A stretch of 64,000 bases of DNA from Octopus sinensis (GCF_006345805.1 NC_043007.1:9548001-9612000); one strand, 5' to 3'; counted from the first letter of the stretch, positions 13,678 to 27,033 are shown. Notes: generated by a model not told the origin, from the sequence alone. A program made the numbers and translations.

Positions 13678-13749
<72 letters not shown>

Positions 13750-13905
13750 GACGGGCTTCTTTCAGTTTCCATCTACCAAACCCACTCAGAAGGCTTTGAT
13801 TGGCCCGAGGCTATAGTAGAAAACACTTGCCCAATGTGCTACGCAATGGGAGTGAACCCAGAATCATGTAGTTGGTAAGCAAGCTACTTACCACACAGCC
13901 ACTCC
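13455..13905 (-). mobile_element. SINE family A, full length
   Basis: Near-colinear with the copies at 21269, 28178 and 48495, including the internal (TA)n(CA)n tract. Confidence 0.9.
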
Positions 13906-14449
13906 AACTTTTAGAATAACTTCCTGAGTAATTTACAAATTCGTCTAAAATTCTGGCTAAACCAGACAAGAATCGCTAGAATCTATATGAGGACAAAGCA
14001 TAAAAGACACTGCTGACGAACTAAAAGCAAATGACCTTTCAAAAATTTCTGAAAGCAACCAGAACCACAAGTGATAGTATGGAAGGGATATATACGCTCC
14101 ATACAACCAAGGCCACAAACAACCCACTAGAGAAGGCCACTGTTATAGGTAACTGGCAGATTTTCTGTTCGCAATCAAGATATTCTCAATAAATCAAAAT
14201 TTCTATTTATTTGAACCTAAATGAATCCCATAACATTGTCACAGTTTCAAAATAAAATAAGGTAACTACAGCGACTTTTTGGAAGCTGGATGCTTTCTAT
14301 GAGTAGTATCATATGACTATCGATTAAGAATTTCATACTACAAACTGTTGAAGGTGCAATGCATTCCACATGTATTCCAACTATCCATTCATCTTTCCAT
14401 GATCTCCTCCCACTATTCCCAAGTGTGATCACCTGAGACTATGAAAGAT

Positions 14450-14730
14450 ATTAACCAACAATCTCATTTGTAGTCTACCGCTAAGTCTTCTGCGGTTGGC
14501 TCGGTTTGAAATTTCCATTTTGGAATTATTTCTTGCAACGCTCTAATCACTTGCCCAGGGCGGTAGAAGCTTGACCTCTCAATGCAAAGAAGAAGTGGCA
14601 TGATCTGCAGAGATTCCCAGATTTCCCAGTTAAGCACCCTATCGAGTAACGTTACCCAAGTAATCCTTCGTAGGAATCCCATTTAGGCCGCTTGTATTCG
14701 CGATTGTACTCTTTCGGTCATTACACAACA
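14450..14730 (-). mobile_element. RTE-clade LINE, ORF C-terminal fragment
   Basis: Reads VMTERVQSRIQAA*MGFLRRITWVTLLDRVLNWEIWESLQIMPLLLCIERS, matching the RTE post-RT region (EM.FLRRI.G.T..DRVR...IRE.L...PLLL.IER). Confidence 0.85.
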
Positions 14731-15437
14731 TTAAGAAGTATTAATTCTAAAAGTTGCTATTATTCTTATAATACGCCTTCGCATTTCAAGATATTCCAAA
14801 TTCCTATGAGACGAAGATCTGCGATTACCATCAATAAAACATAGGGTCCGATACCGAAGGAAGTAGAACTGTATTTGGAAAGCCTTGCTTCACTCAAAGA
14901 ATCCTATATTCGGGAGATTCATGTGTTGAAATCAGCGAAATTCTCTTAGGTCGATGCTTAATGCAAAAAATTCTAAAATCCTGTTTATCTTGACGGTCTT
15001 GGCTAAAGACTCTTTGTTTATTGTCTGTTTGCAGTAATACATCTTTTTACTGTTAAACTATGATTCTAGATTATAAACTATTAAAATTTGCATCAAATAA
15101 TACATTTATGCAGATATTCCGTTATTGCTTTTTCGACGAATTGTTCATCGATTGTGTCGTCTGGTTTACAGAGGAATTCAAGGTGGTCTACTACTATACG
15201 GGCATGTATGTATGCGTGTATCTATTTATCAGTCTCTCTATTCTTCTGTTCATCTATGTATGTGTCCCACTCGCTATCTGTGTGTGTGTATATATACATA
15301 CACACGCACACACATATGTATATATATATACTAATATATATAGATATATATACACATACACATGTATATGTATGAATATTCTTATTTATATGTATAAATA
15401 TATATACATATGTATACATAATATTTATATATATACT

Positions 15438-15468
<31 letters not shown>

Positions 15469-16135
15469 TATATATATATATTTACATATATATTTTTCTT
15501 TATATACATATACAGATATGTATCTATATATGTGAGTGTGCGTGCGTGTGTGGGTGTGTGTATGCATACATGCACACCCTTATATGTGTATGTGCGAAAT
15601 TTGTGTGTATATTTATGTAAATTTATAATGGAACAAATATAGATGTTAAGCAATATTTCAAAATTCCATATGAATATTCATACGATGCTTCGTGTGCTTT
15701 ATTTCAATTACAGAAATTTTAACAGCAGATACAACAGGCGTATGTACACACACACACACAATCATTCTTACGTATGTGTGTGTATGTATGTGTCTGTAAA
15801 AGAGAGAGAGACATATGTGATTGTACAAGTGTTCTTATGCATATATATGCTCGAATGTTTCGACATATGTCTTTGTATGCAACTGTGTAATGGCTGCGTG
15901 CGTACAAGATATATATCATATGCTAAGAATGAATAAAATGAATGATAAAGAAGGGGAAAAATGGCGGAGGATAATGTGAAATGATTTCATGTTTGGCTAT
16001 ATATTTTTAGGATTAAGGGGATTTTCTTATATTGGAAATAACAACGTCATCAAAAGTTTACAGGACAGAAAATTATTCCATACGTGTATACAAGACAACA
16101 AGTGTATATAAATACTTGCTCAAATATATACATGC

Positions 16136-16196
<61 letters not shown>

Positions 16197-16282
16197 TACA
16201 CACACATGTATAGACATCTTCAAAGTTTTCCATCTCTCTCTTCACTCAACTCTTGTCTCTACTTGTCCTTCTTATTCAATCC

Positions 16283-16328
<46 letters not shown>

Positions 16329-17044
16329 TATATATATCTGTATGTATGTATATATACGCATACATCCATAAGCACATGTCTGTGTCTTAAAATGTGTGTG
16401 TGTGTATATGTGAATCTATATCTATAAATATTATGTACTTATATACATATATGGAGAGAGAGAGCGAGAGAGATAGACAGATAGATAGATAGATAGATAT
16501 GCATATAAATATTTGTGTTTGTATGAGTGTGTGCGTATGTATGTATCTATGTGTGTATGTATATATGTATGTATGTGTGTATATGCATATGTGCCTATAC
16601 ATAGATAGATAGTTAAATGTAATTATATAAGTGTTGGAGCTTAGGCTATATGTATGTGCGTGTCTGTGAGTGTATGTGTGTTATAAATATGCAGAAAAAT
16701 AGAAAGAGAAATATACAAAAAGAAATAGAAAAAAATTTGTGGAAGGAAAATAATAAGCGTATGTCTGTGTGTGTTTATGTTCGTAGCACTGTAAGTTACG
16801 AAGCTATATTTTCGATAGAGCATTCATGTGCAATAATATAGACTATGTTCAACTGTGAAGCAAATAACATATGAATATAAACAGGTACTTATTAATATTT
16901 CCGTTAATCTTACATTTAATTCCTGTCCGATCTCATTGTCCACGAGCAAATTTAAGTATTTTTACATGTGTGTGCATGTGTGTGTGTGTGTGCGCGCTGT
17001 GTAGTTGTACGTATACAAATATATGGGTATCTGTGTGTACGTAT

Positions 17045-17225
17045 TCTCTTAGTTGTTTCTGTCATCTGACAGCAGCCATACTGGAGCACCGCCTTGGATG
17101 GTTTTCGTCGAACAAATCGACCCCAGGAATTATTGTTTTTAAGTGTGTGCATTTTCTATCGGTTTCTTTTGCCAAACCGCTAGTTAACGAGTATGTAAAT
17201 ACGCCAAAACCAGCTGTGAAACAAT
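17045..17225 (-). mobile_element. SINE family A, 3' monomer only
   Basis: Contains cagccatactggagcaccgcc and ttttgccaaaccgctag, homologous to family A. Confidence 0.75.
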
Positions 17226-17471
17226 AATGGAGGACGGGCGATAAACACGGACCTAAAACCATAAACATTTTCCGTCGAGGGCTTACATGCCCCAATATTA
17301 GACTTTTTCTTTTTTAGTCAATGCTCGGTGACCGCTTATAAGCTTTAAGCTCGTAAAAATATTATTTATAACATTGTGAAACTCAGCACTACTTATCAAG
17401 TCATGCTTGTTTGTTTATAGAAATAACACTACCAAATTATAGTTCTTAAATTCGACAGGAAGAATTGAGTG

Positions 17472-17542
17472 GGTACGTTGGTGTAACGGTAGCGCACTTG
17501 TCTCGAAAACATAGTGTTGAGGGTTCATGTCCTACGCGTACA
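17472..17542 (+). pseudogene. tRNA-like cloverleaf (tRNA-Trp-like pseudogene or SINE head; anticodon reads CGA)
   Basis: Folded by hand: acceptor GTACG/CGTAC, D-arm GTGT/GCGC, anticodon loop CTCGAAA, 5-nt variable loop, T-arm GAGGG-TTCATGT-CCTAC. The anticodon stem and T-arm carry mismatches and A58 is absent. Confidence 0.55.
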
Positions 17543-18643
17543 AAAAGCCACTTCTCCCCACCCGTCGAGGGCGAGGAGGCTTATATGCTCGAGTATTAGA
17601 CTATTTTCTTTAGTTAATACACGGTGGTCTCTTATAAGCTTTAAGCTTATGAAATATTATTATTGTTATTTAGAGAATTGTAAAATACAGTACCGCTTTA
17701 CAAGTCATCGCAGAAAACCCACATTATTGTTGTTACTATCGTTGTTGCTGTAACTAGGGCAGTGATTTTTCGAGCAAAAAGCCTTGCATTAATTCTAGTT
17801 CCGTATCTCTCGAACAGACTTGCAGTTGCAAAGTATGAAAGACCAACACCAGGCACCTGGCACCTGAAATGTCGCTAGACACTTACCAGCATCTATGGAT
17901 CGAGCAATGCAATCTTCAGAGTATTCACGGTATCAACATATGCCAGACTTGTAGTTAGAAAGAACTACGAGATCCTCAGAGAAGTTCTGCACGTTGACAA
18001 GGTGAACTGGATGGCATTTTTGAGGAGAATTTCAAGCCGAAAGTTGCTATAATAAACCATCAGGAAACATTCGACCGGTAATGTTGCTGAGATGATTAAA
18101 TTTTGATTTTAGATTGAAAGGAGATGTAATCAAGCAGCTCAAGGCAATGAATGCATTTTGAAGAAACCAAAGAAATCACAATTTCTATCTATTTGCATCC
18201 CCAAGTATGCATGGAATTTCAACTCTAAAATCACTGCCCCCTCGTTACAGCGTTTTTGAATGGAATTTCAAGCTGAAAGATGCTATAGTTAACCGTCAGG
18301 AAACGTTAGACTGGTAGTGTTACTGAGGAATATTACCGAGTCGAAAAAAATTCTAAGAAGCAGAAATCCCGTTAAATCTGCGCGAACGAGATACGGGCAA
18401 CGCGACAAAACCTCTTCTTCACACACTTGTTCAATGTTCAGATATTACTGGCTTATAGAGTTATGTCAAACATCCTTGTCGTACATACTACGGCTCACGT
18501 GTATCGGGAGTTCAATATTATCTACATACTTGTGTACACAAGTTTACATTATTTAATCTATCTTTGTAATATTCCCTTCATCCGCCGACCCTGTGGCAGA
18601 TAAAAGAAATCAACAATATCATTATTATTATTATTATTATTAC

Positions 18644-18679
<36 letters not shown>

Positions 18680-18983
18680 TATTATTACAGATTCGGTAGA
18701 CACGCAAGGTTTTTCTTTGGAGATAATTGAAATCGCTCAAAGCAAGCGTCAAACACCTATAGATCTCTGATAATATGAAAATAACGATTTTCCTATAACA
18801 CACTGTTACAGATATTCCTGCTGAAAACTAGATATTAAGCTGCTTATATTTTCACCTGATATTATTCTGTGAATTAGAAGTAAAATCGTTCTTATATTCT
18901 ATACTTACCGATACTTAATTCCGTTCAATAATTTTGTCAAGTCGCGAACACAATACAGCACAAACACACAATTGCATAAACAA

Positions 18984-19017
<34 letters not shown>

Positions 19018-19194
19018 ACACACACACTGATACACACACTCTTACAGAACCACGCATCACAAAAGCATATATGTGAATCTTTATGTATATCCATATGTAT
19101 ATACATATATACACTCACACACATATAAATACATGTATAAGAATATAAGAATATATATATATATAGAGAGAGAGAGAGAAAGAGAAAGAGAGCC

Positions 19195-19229
<35 letters not shown>

Positions 19230-19230
19230 G

Positions 19231-19272
<42 letters not shown>

Positions 19273-19273
19273 G

Positions 19274-19348
<75 letters not shown>

Positions 19349-19365
19349 GTAGATAGATAGGTAGG

Positions 19366-19408
<43 letters not shown>

Positions 19409-19409
19409 G

Positions 19410-19469
<60 letters not shown>

Positions 19470-19474
19470 CAGAC

Positions 19475-19551
<77 letters not shown>

Positions 19552-19552
19552 T
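19195..19552. repeat. (AGAC)n/(AGAT)n tetranucleotide array
   Basis: Direct reading. Confidence 0.95.
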
Positions 19553-19826
19553 AGATATGTATATACATATGTGTGTATTTATGTACGTATATCTTGGTAA
19601 CAATGAATGGTATACTTTTCTTTTCTTTCCTCAAACACATACACTCAAGTCGATACATACATATTACATATAAACATGTGTATGCACCCTATCGCAAACA
19701 TCCGCGCAGAGGCTCTCACACACACACACACACAAGCATACACACATGGGGTCGCAAACGTATATTCAACATGAAGAGACTTCTCAGAAATATACAGTAT
19801 CTCCCGATGTAAAAGGACAAAACACC

Positions 19827-19950
19827 TTAGACGTAAACCAATGTGGACATAATCGCCGTAGCCGTCGTGATAACCAAGACAGATGACAATGTCAACTGTG
19901 AAAAATCAGAGGACTTACCTAGACATATTGTTTTGGTTCTCTTGGAGCAA
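19827..19950 (-). CDS. Candidate coding exon, product unknown
   Basis: Acceptor tttaaatttcacag at 19951 and an internal donor TAG|gtaagt at 19918. It gives either a 32-nt exon (LLQENQNNMS) or a terminal exon CSKRTKTICLGKSSDFSQLTLSSVLVITTATAIMSTLVYV*. No homology recognised. Confidence 0.2.
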
Positions 19951-21268
19951 CTGTGAAATTTAAAAATAAGACTTCACACTTTGAAACTGATTCGGTTTAT
20001 ACCACTTACATTCATCCATTCCCGTTCCAATCATTTATCCTCTTCTATGCTTCGTTCGTACAACTCCTAAAGCGCACGAATCGTTATGCCTAATTTTCTT
20101 ACATGAATCATGGCCCACCTGGAATACCGTCTGTTCTAGTGTCTTTTCCCGTAATATCTTTACTTATAAAGGTTCCGAAAGACAGTTTATGATATTAACG
20201 ACATCGATCTTGCACGGCAGTAAAAGCGAATAGGCACTCTTTCTTCTTTATCCCAAACGTTAAAAATAGTTCGAAGTAGAATCAAAATTTTAAGATTAGT
20301 ATAAAACATTTAATGGAGTTTGAGTTTTGACTAATTTTTAAGTATATCGATTCTGAATGTATTATGAACTTTGGTTATCGGGAGATGATTTAATTTCGAT
20401 TTTAGATTGTAAGGAGACGTAATCAAGCATCTCAAGGTGATTAATTCATTTTGAAGAAACCAATGAAATCACAATTTCTATCTATTTACATCCCCAAGTA
20501 TGCATGGAATTTCAACTCTAGATAAATATTTCCTTCTACGTTTAGACTTTCTAATTATCCTTTAATTCCTAAGAATGTGGGAATTTGGTTTAGACCAGAG
20601 GTTTTCTTTTCATTATGTCAGAAAATTACAAATATCTACAAAGTGGTTTTGAATGTAAAATAATTTATTTTTCATTCCCTGCATTTGTTGTTTTAGACAA
20701 TGTTATTAGAATTCCATTAGCATCATTACACGTTTATTAGCATACACCTACAAACATACACAAATAGACATACAGCATGCATGTACATACAAGCACACGC
20801 ACGCACCCATATTTTTAAAGAAATTTTACCGTTGACTTAGCCAAGGATTAAACGGCAATTTATGTTTCATTTTCAAACAATACCTGTTCTGCTCTTATTA
20901 AGAGACCACATGAAATCGAATAAAAATGTGTGAAGTCGCTGTTGAAATATTGAAGGTAGATTCCGTTGGAAACATCTAGTATGGCTTCAATAAATAGACG
21001 TTGCGTTTCAGTAGCATCGAACTTTATCTCTTCCTTATCTAATATTTACTGTTCATGCCTGAAGCAATTATGTGTTGGACAATGTCATAGCTGAAGGTTT
21101 TGATTTGCTTAACAATTGAATATGTATCCAGCCATCAGTCGTCGGTTTCGCCACAAATAAGTTTAGAGAAATCTTTAATATTTCGGATAGCAAAATTAAA
21201 TATTAATAATAATTTGTCCAGCATGCAAACGATTTTACCAGCGGGTGAACTTCAGAATCATTAACATA

Positions 21269-21674
21269 GGCGCAGGAGTGGCTGTGTGGTAAGTAGCTTG
21301 CTAAACAACCACATGGTTCCGGGTTCAGTCCCACTGCGTGGCATCTTGGGCAAGTGTCTTCTGCTATAGCCCCGGGCCGACCAATGCCTTGTAATTGGAT
21401 TTGGTAGACGGAAACTGAAAGAAGCCTGTCGTATATATGTATATATATATGTATGTGTGTGTGTGTTTGTGTGTCTGTGTTTGTCCCCCTAGCATTGCTT
21501 GACAACCGATGCTGGTGTGTTTATGTCCCCGTCACTTAGCGGTTCGGCAAAAGAGACTGATAGAATAAGTACTGGGCTTACAAAGAATAAGTGCCGGGGT
21601 CGATTTGCTCGACTAAAGGCGGTGCTCCAGCATGGCCGCAGTCAAATGACTGAAACAAGTAAAAGAGTAAAGAG
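21269..21674 (+). mobile_element. SINE family A, full length, young
   Basis: tRNA-like head ggcgcaggagtggctgtgtggtaag...ggttcagtccc, internal (TA)(TG) tract, 3' monomer ending gactgaaacaagtaaaagagt. Nearly identical to the copies at 28178, 48495 and 57489. Confidence 0.92.
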
Positions 21675-22138
21675 TATACCAGACAAATTGCTTGGTGGCA
21701 TTAAGTCCGTCTTAGTTCTGAGTTAAAAATTTCGCCGAGGTTGTCGTTGCTTATCATCCTTTCGGGACGATAAAATAGGTTAGAAGTTGAGCACTGGGGT
21801 GGATTTAATCGATTTAACCCTTTCCCCGAAATTGCTGACGTTGTGCCAAATTTGAAACCAATATCTTAGATAGTGACATTCATCGAAAAAGCTCGAAATA
21901 ACTTACTCTAGAGGCGTTTTCTAGGTACGTATCTTTGATTTCGGTCGCAGAGAACAGCGGAAAAGAGGGTGTTTCTAGTTTCAAAGCTTGCATGGAATAT
22001 AGTGTTTAATTAATGATCAGTGAAAGGCGTAAACATATGAATATGATATTAGTTTCAAATTTTGGAGCAAGGCCAGCAAGTTTGCGGAAGCGGGAAAGTC
22101 GATTACATCAACACCAATGCTCAAATGGTACTTATGTT

Positions 22139-22372
22139 AAAGGCGGCTAGCTGGCAGAAACGTTAGCACGCCGGGCGAAATGCTCAGCGGTATTTCGTCT
22201 GCCGTTACGTTGTGAGTTCAAATTCCGCCGAGGTCGACTTTGCCTTTCATCCTTTCGGGGTCGATAAATTAAGTACCAGTTACGCACTGGGGTCGATATA
22301 ATCGACTTAATACCTATGTCTGTCCTTGTTTGTCCCCTCTGTGTTTAGCCCCTTGTGGGTAATAAAGAAATA
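22139..22372 (+). mobile_element. SINE family B nested in an older inverted B-related SINE, 12-bp TSD
   Basis: ggtacttatgtt occurs at 22127-22138 and 22373-22384. The host SINE continues on both sides on the minus strand (~22050-22505). Confidence 0.85.
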
Positions 22373-22519
22373 GGTACTTATGTTATCGATCCGACAGAAT
22401 GAAAAGCAAAGTCAAACTCAGATGGAATTTAAACTCAGAACATAAAAATGGATGAAATATCACTAAGCAATTTGCCCGACGTCTTAACGATTCTACCAGC
22501 TAGCCTGCTTCAGACGGAG

Positions 22520-23320
22520 GTAGTGAGACGGCTGTGATTTTTATGAGTGGATTTTAAAAGGAAACAAATGGTCAATTTCCGTGAGATTTGAACGATGAAG
22601 TTTGTGACTGTGTTGAATTTGAGAAACGTAGATGAGCAGATATACGATGCTAGAGAAACAATTTTGATAGAAGAGTGTTTAGCCATCAGGTATTCGTAAC
22701 GGAACGGACGATTGTTCAGTTGATGGAGCACCTTGCCACGGCACTTTTAACGCAATACCGCGACAACACTGTGGTAAAGTTATTATGCCAATGAGGGATG
22801 TGACAGACGCCAACAAGTTCCAGTAGAGAGATGTTAAATTCTCTTAGTTGTCTACGGAAATCAAATTAGTTTTAAATCGTGCTGGCATAATTGAACTGGC
22901 TGTGGTGTGTCGTTCAATAAGATTGGCGTTGTCTGTGTTAAGTTCGATGCCGTAAATAAAGTCCCAAAAACTTTGGCCCTTGAATGAAGCAGTCAGTGTA
23001 CTATCGTGTGAGGAAAAGGGAAGAGAAGTCTCTACTGGGAATCGAACGATCAGTGTGAGAGAGGAGTAAAAATGTGCGCACTCCTCTTGAGAACTACGGG
23101 GAGTCCTACTCAATACGAGTAAGTTAAATGAGATGTAGTTGATGTGCTTGATTTATTGCCCTGTCAAAGATTTGGAGGAAACTGATGATATTGACGTGAG
23201 AGAGAAAGATGTACAATCGTCCGATGAAGAGATGTGTGTTGAGAGAAAATGGATGAAAGACGTGGAGAGGTTTACAGCAGCTTCGAGAAAGATAAGCAAA
23301 TAGGTTGGTGTTACAATATG
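22520..23320 (-). mobile_element. Highly degenerate CR1/Jockey-group LINE reverse transcriptase region
   Basis: Across frameshifts it shows PVVLKRSAHIFTPL, ETSLPFSS...FKG, FDFRR and KIHS in the expected order for RT (P.VLK.CA..L.P.L; FP.SWK...P.FKKG; YGFRR; IHSYADD). Confidence 0.5.
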
Positions 23321-23535
23321 AGGAGGAAGTGGAGGAGGAGGAGCAAATCAGAGATATGTATTCCAGTTTTAGTATTGTTTGGGTTTCATATTTCTCCTTA
23401 GCTCCTTCGGGCTCAACTATTTTACACTGATAGAATATAAATACAATATACATACATACATGCAGATAGAAAGACAGACAGACAAACAGACAGACAAATA
23501 GATAGATAGATAAATAGATAGATACACACACACAT

Positions 23536-23567
<32 letters not shown>

Positions 23568-23814
23568 TTATATATATATATGAACATATATATATATATG
23601 TGTGTGTGTATATATATATGTATATATGTATATATACATATGTATATATGTGTGTATTTTGGTAGGCAGGTAGGTAGTTTGGTAAGTAGGTAGGTACGTA
23701 GGTACGTAGGTAGGTAGGTAGGTAGGTAGGTAGTTACATACGCACGTACCTAGCTATATTACACCACTGGGAGAAGAAATATATATACATATATATGTGT
23801 GTGAGTTATTTCTA

Positions 23815-23854
<40 letters not shown>

Positions 23855-24303
23855 GCATATGTATGTAGTTTGGTAGGTAGGTAGGAAGGTCGGTAAGTAG
23901 GTAGGTAGGGAAGGAGGGAGGGAGGTAAGTGGCTATGTAGGTAGGTATATTACACCACTGGGAGCTGAGCCTTCACACACAAGTAAATGGAGTTTCATAT
24001 TTCCCGTCTAGTCTTAATGAAAAAGTATATAAAAATTGTTAAGAAAAGGGGAAATCATTTAATCTATTAGAGAACGCTGGTCATTTGACATGGATTAACA
24101 AAGGATATTATTGGCTCAAAGGAAATTGTTGTTTCAAAAATACTCCCATATCGGGGTTAAGATAAAAAGAACTACATATATAGCAACAGTGAAGGTCTAA
24201 GGACATGTAATAGGATACAAAAAAAATGTGTGCATGTAAGCTGAAGTTAAAAATTATCTTCTGTCGAAGAAAGGCTCTATTCATATGATCAGACTGGCAT
24301 ACG

Positions 24304-24345
<42 letters not shown>

Positions 24346-24349
24346 ATAT

Positions 24350-24381
<32 letters not shown>

Positions 24382-24390
24382 ATATATATA

Positions 24391-24428
<38 letters not shown>

Positions 24429-24640
24429 ACTTATATATAAATGTGTATGCACACACAGATGCAATATATATGTGTATGTATGTATAAATGTACGTGCATA
24501 TCCACATATATGCATATATATATATATACATTCATACATATATATTTACATATATACATACACATATATACATATATGCATACATACATACCTACATATA
24601 TATACATGTATATTTATATATATATATGTATATATCTATG

Positions 24641-24691
<51 letters not shown>

Positions 24692-25434
24692 TATGTATGT
24701 ATGTTTGTATGTATGTATGTATTATGTATGTATGTATGTATGGATGGATGGATGTATGTATGCATATCCTTACCACATGAGGATATCGTGTGCGTGAAAA
24801 AAACAGCCAATTTGAAGAGAAATAGCTGCTTCACAAAAGTCGAAATCTATTAACTTTCCTCCTTTGAATAACAAATAGCGAAAACCCAGTAATATCCACT
24901 GGCATAATGAAATGAATAATATTGAGTTAGAGTCTTGTTATTGCAAGTATAAGAATGAAATGGCATGACGACTGCGGGGCAAAACATATCAATTCTATAA
25001 TTGTCTGACTCTTTGTTTTCGACCTAAATGCATTTACATCCATCACAATCCAGGCGGGAGGTCTTAGAGTAATGTCGGCAAGAAATTAATGAAAATATTG
25101 AAAAACCGAAGAATTAGTACGTGGAAATGAGTTATTCATTACAAGCATGTGAGGAAATATCCGGTGCAGGTGTCTAACTATGAAAAGGATAAAAGACATG
25201 GCCCCCTTTCACACAATAAGCGTTGATCACGAGCGCTTCGATTGATTCCCAAGATAAGCAATGTTATAGTCACGAATCAGAATCGGGAACGCTATATGTC
25301 CGAAAGCGAGGTTCGATTAATTATATCGAAAATTTAATAAACGCTGGTTAACGTAACGCTTCATTACGTTTATATGTCTGTGTATAACTGTATAAATATC
25401 TGTATACATTGGCCTTTCTCTCCCTCCTATCTCA

Positions 25435-25479
<45 letters not shown>

Positions 25480-25665
25480 AAAGAGAAAGTAATATATATA
25501 TATATCTACCTATTTTCTGCTTGTATGTCTATCTATCTATGTATCTATCTACATATATACATATATATATATATATATATACGCATATATTTATGTGTAT
25601 ATATAACTATACATACATATATATTTGTATGTATATATATATATATTATATAATATTATATAAAG

Positions 25666-25696
<31 letters not shown>

Positions 25697-25807
25697 CATA
25701 CATATATATTTATATATATATGACCTTATGGTATATTCATACATAGATATATATATTTATTTCTATTTTTTATATATCCAACAACGTTCTTTCACACAAC
25801 TTTCTCA

Positions 25808-25851
<44 letters not shown>

Positions 25852-26811
25852 TATATATATATATATATTAAGTAGTGTGTGTTTATATATATATTATATA
25901 TATATATATATATAATATATATATATAATATATATATATATAATATATATTTATATATATATGGTATAAATATATATATATATATTAGCAGTATCATCAG
26001 AGCAGAGGGCAAAAATGATCTTGTGATCAATGATATTGCACGACTCATTGCGCTCTGGCCTCCTATCTTACCTACTGAACATCGATCTTAATATTTGTGA
26101 AAGAAAGATAAAATATAATAACTGTCAAACTCAAGGAGCTGGTGAACGAAGTTCATGGCGTATTTGTTCCTAATCATCGCGTTCCGTATTCTTGTACGTT
26201 ACACTTACTCGGCGTTTTGTTCCCAGCACCTATTTTGAGATACCTTCGGAGATACCATTTTCTTGCAAAGATTCAGACCAATTTCTATCTGAATATACCT
26301 TTCTTTTATCCTTCTACGTCTCTCGACAGCCATGTTCAGAAAATGGGCCATATGCCCTGCTCTGTTCGTTCCGGAAGAATTGGTAAAGCAACGGTATTTC
26401 TGTTAAATTTCCTCAATAAAGTGTGACATAACTTAATGTTGATTTCCACTATGTTGTTAATTAGGTCCCTCACAGAAAGTTGATGGTTCGTGGATGGATG
26501 GATGGTAGGAACCTGCTTCCCAACCAGATGCTTCGAGTTCTACAATGCGTGGCATCTTGGTAAAGTTTCTTTATATTTATATATATATATATGCGTGTGT
26601 GTGTGTGTGTATTTGTGTGCATGTGTGTTTGTGCGTGCCGCTTGACAACTGGTTGGTATGTTTACGTCCCCGTAAGTTAATGGTTCGGCAAAACTAGCCG
26701 ACAGAATAAATATCAGGATTTAAAGAAAAGTGATGGGGACGATTTGACTAAATTTCCTCATGGCTCTACGTCAGCATGCCCTCAGTGTAATGTTTTAAAC
26801 GTGAAAGATAT

Positions 26812-26882
<71 letters not shown>

Positions 26883-26959
26883 CACATATATATGCATGTA
26901 TGTATATATATATAATATATATATATATATATTCACATATATATACATGTATGTAGATA

Positions 26960-27033
<74 letters not shown>

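Noticed and set aside
13453-13878. Recurrent ORFs such as MTTDAGVFTSPSLSGSAKETDRIST and ...DTCPRCHAVGLNPEPC seen at several loci
   Set aside because: They are chance frames in SINE family A copies. The recurrence reflects the repeat, and stops differ between copies.
17888-18020. Minus-strand frame with an in-frame TGA (…GIC*YREYSEDC…), considered as selenocysteine
   Set aside because: No selenoprotein similarity or SECIS was seen, and isolated TGA interruptions are expected by chance.
21909-21990. Possible exon LKLETPSFPLFSATEIKDTYLENASR
   Set aside because: The acceptor is weak, and the hoped-for polycystin RLRQ.RV motif is not actually present after joining.
26210-26400. Minus-strand open frame ending at a gtaagt donor (…IEIGLNLCKKMVSPKVSQNRCWEQNA)
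   Set aside because: Both possible acceptors are purine-rich and no homology is recognised. It is not distinguishable from chance.
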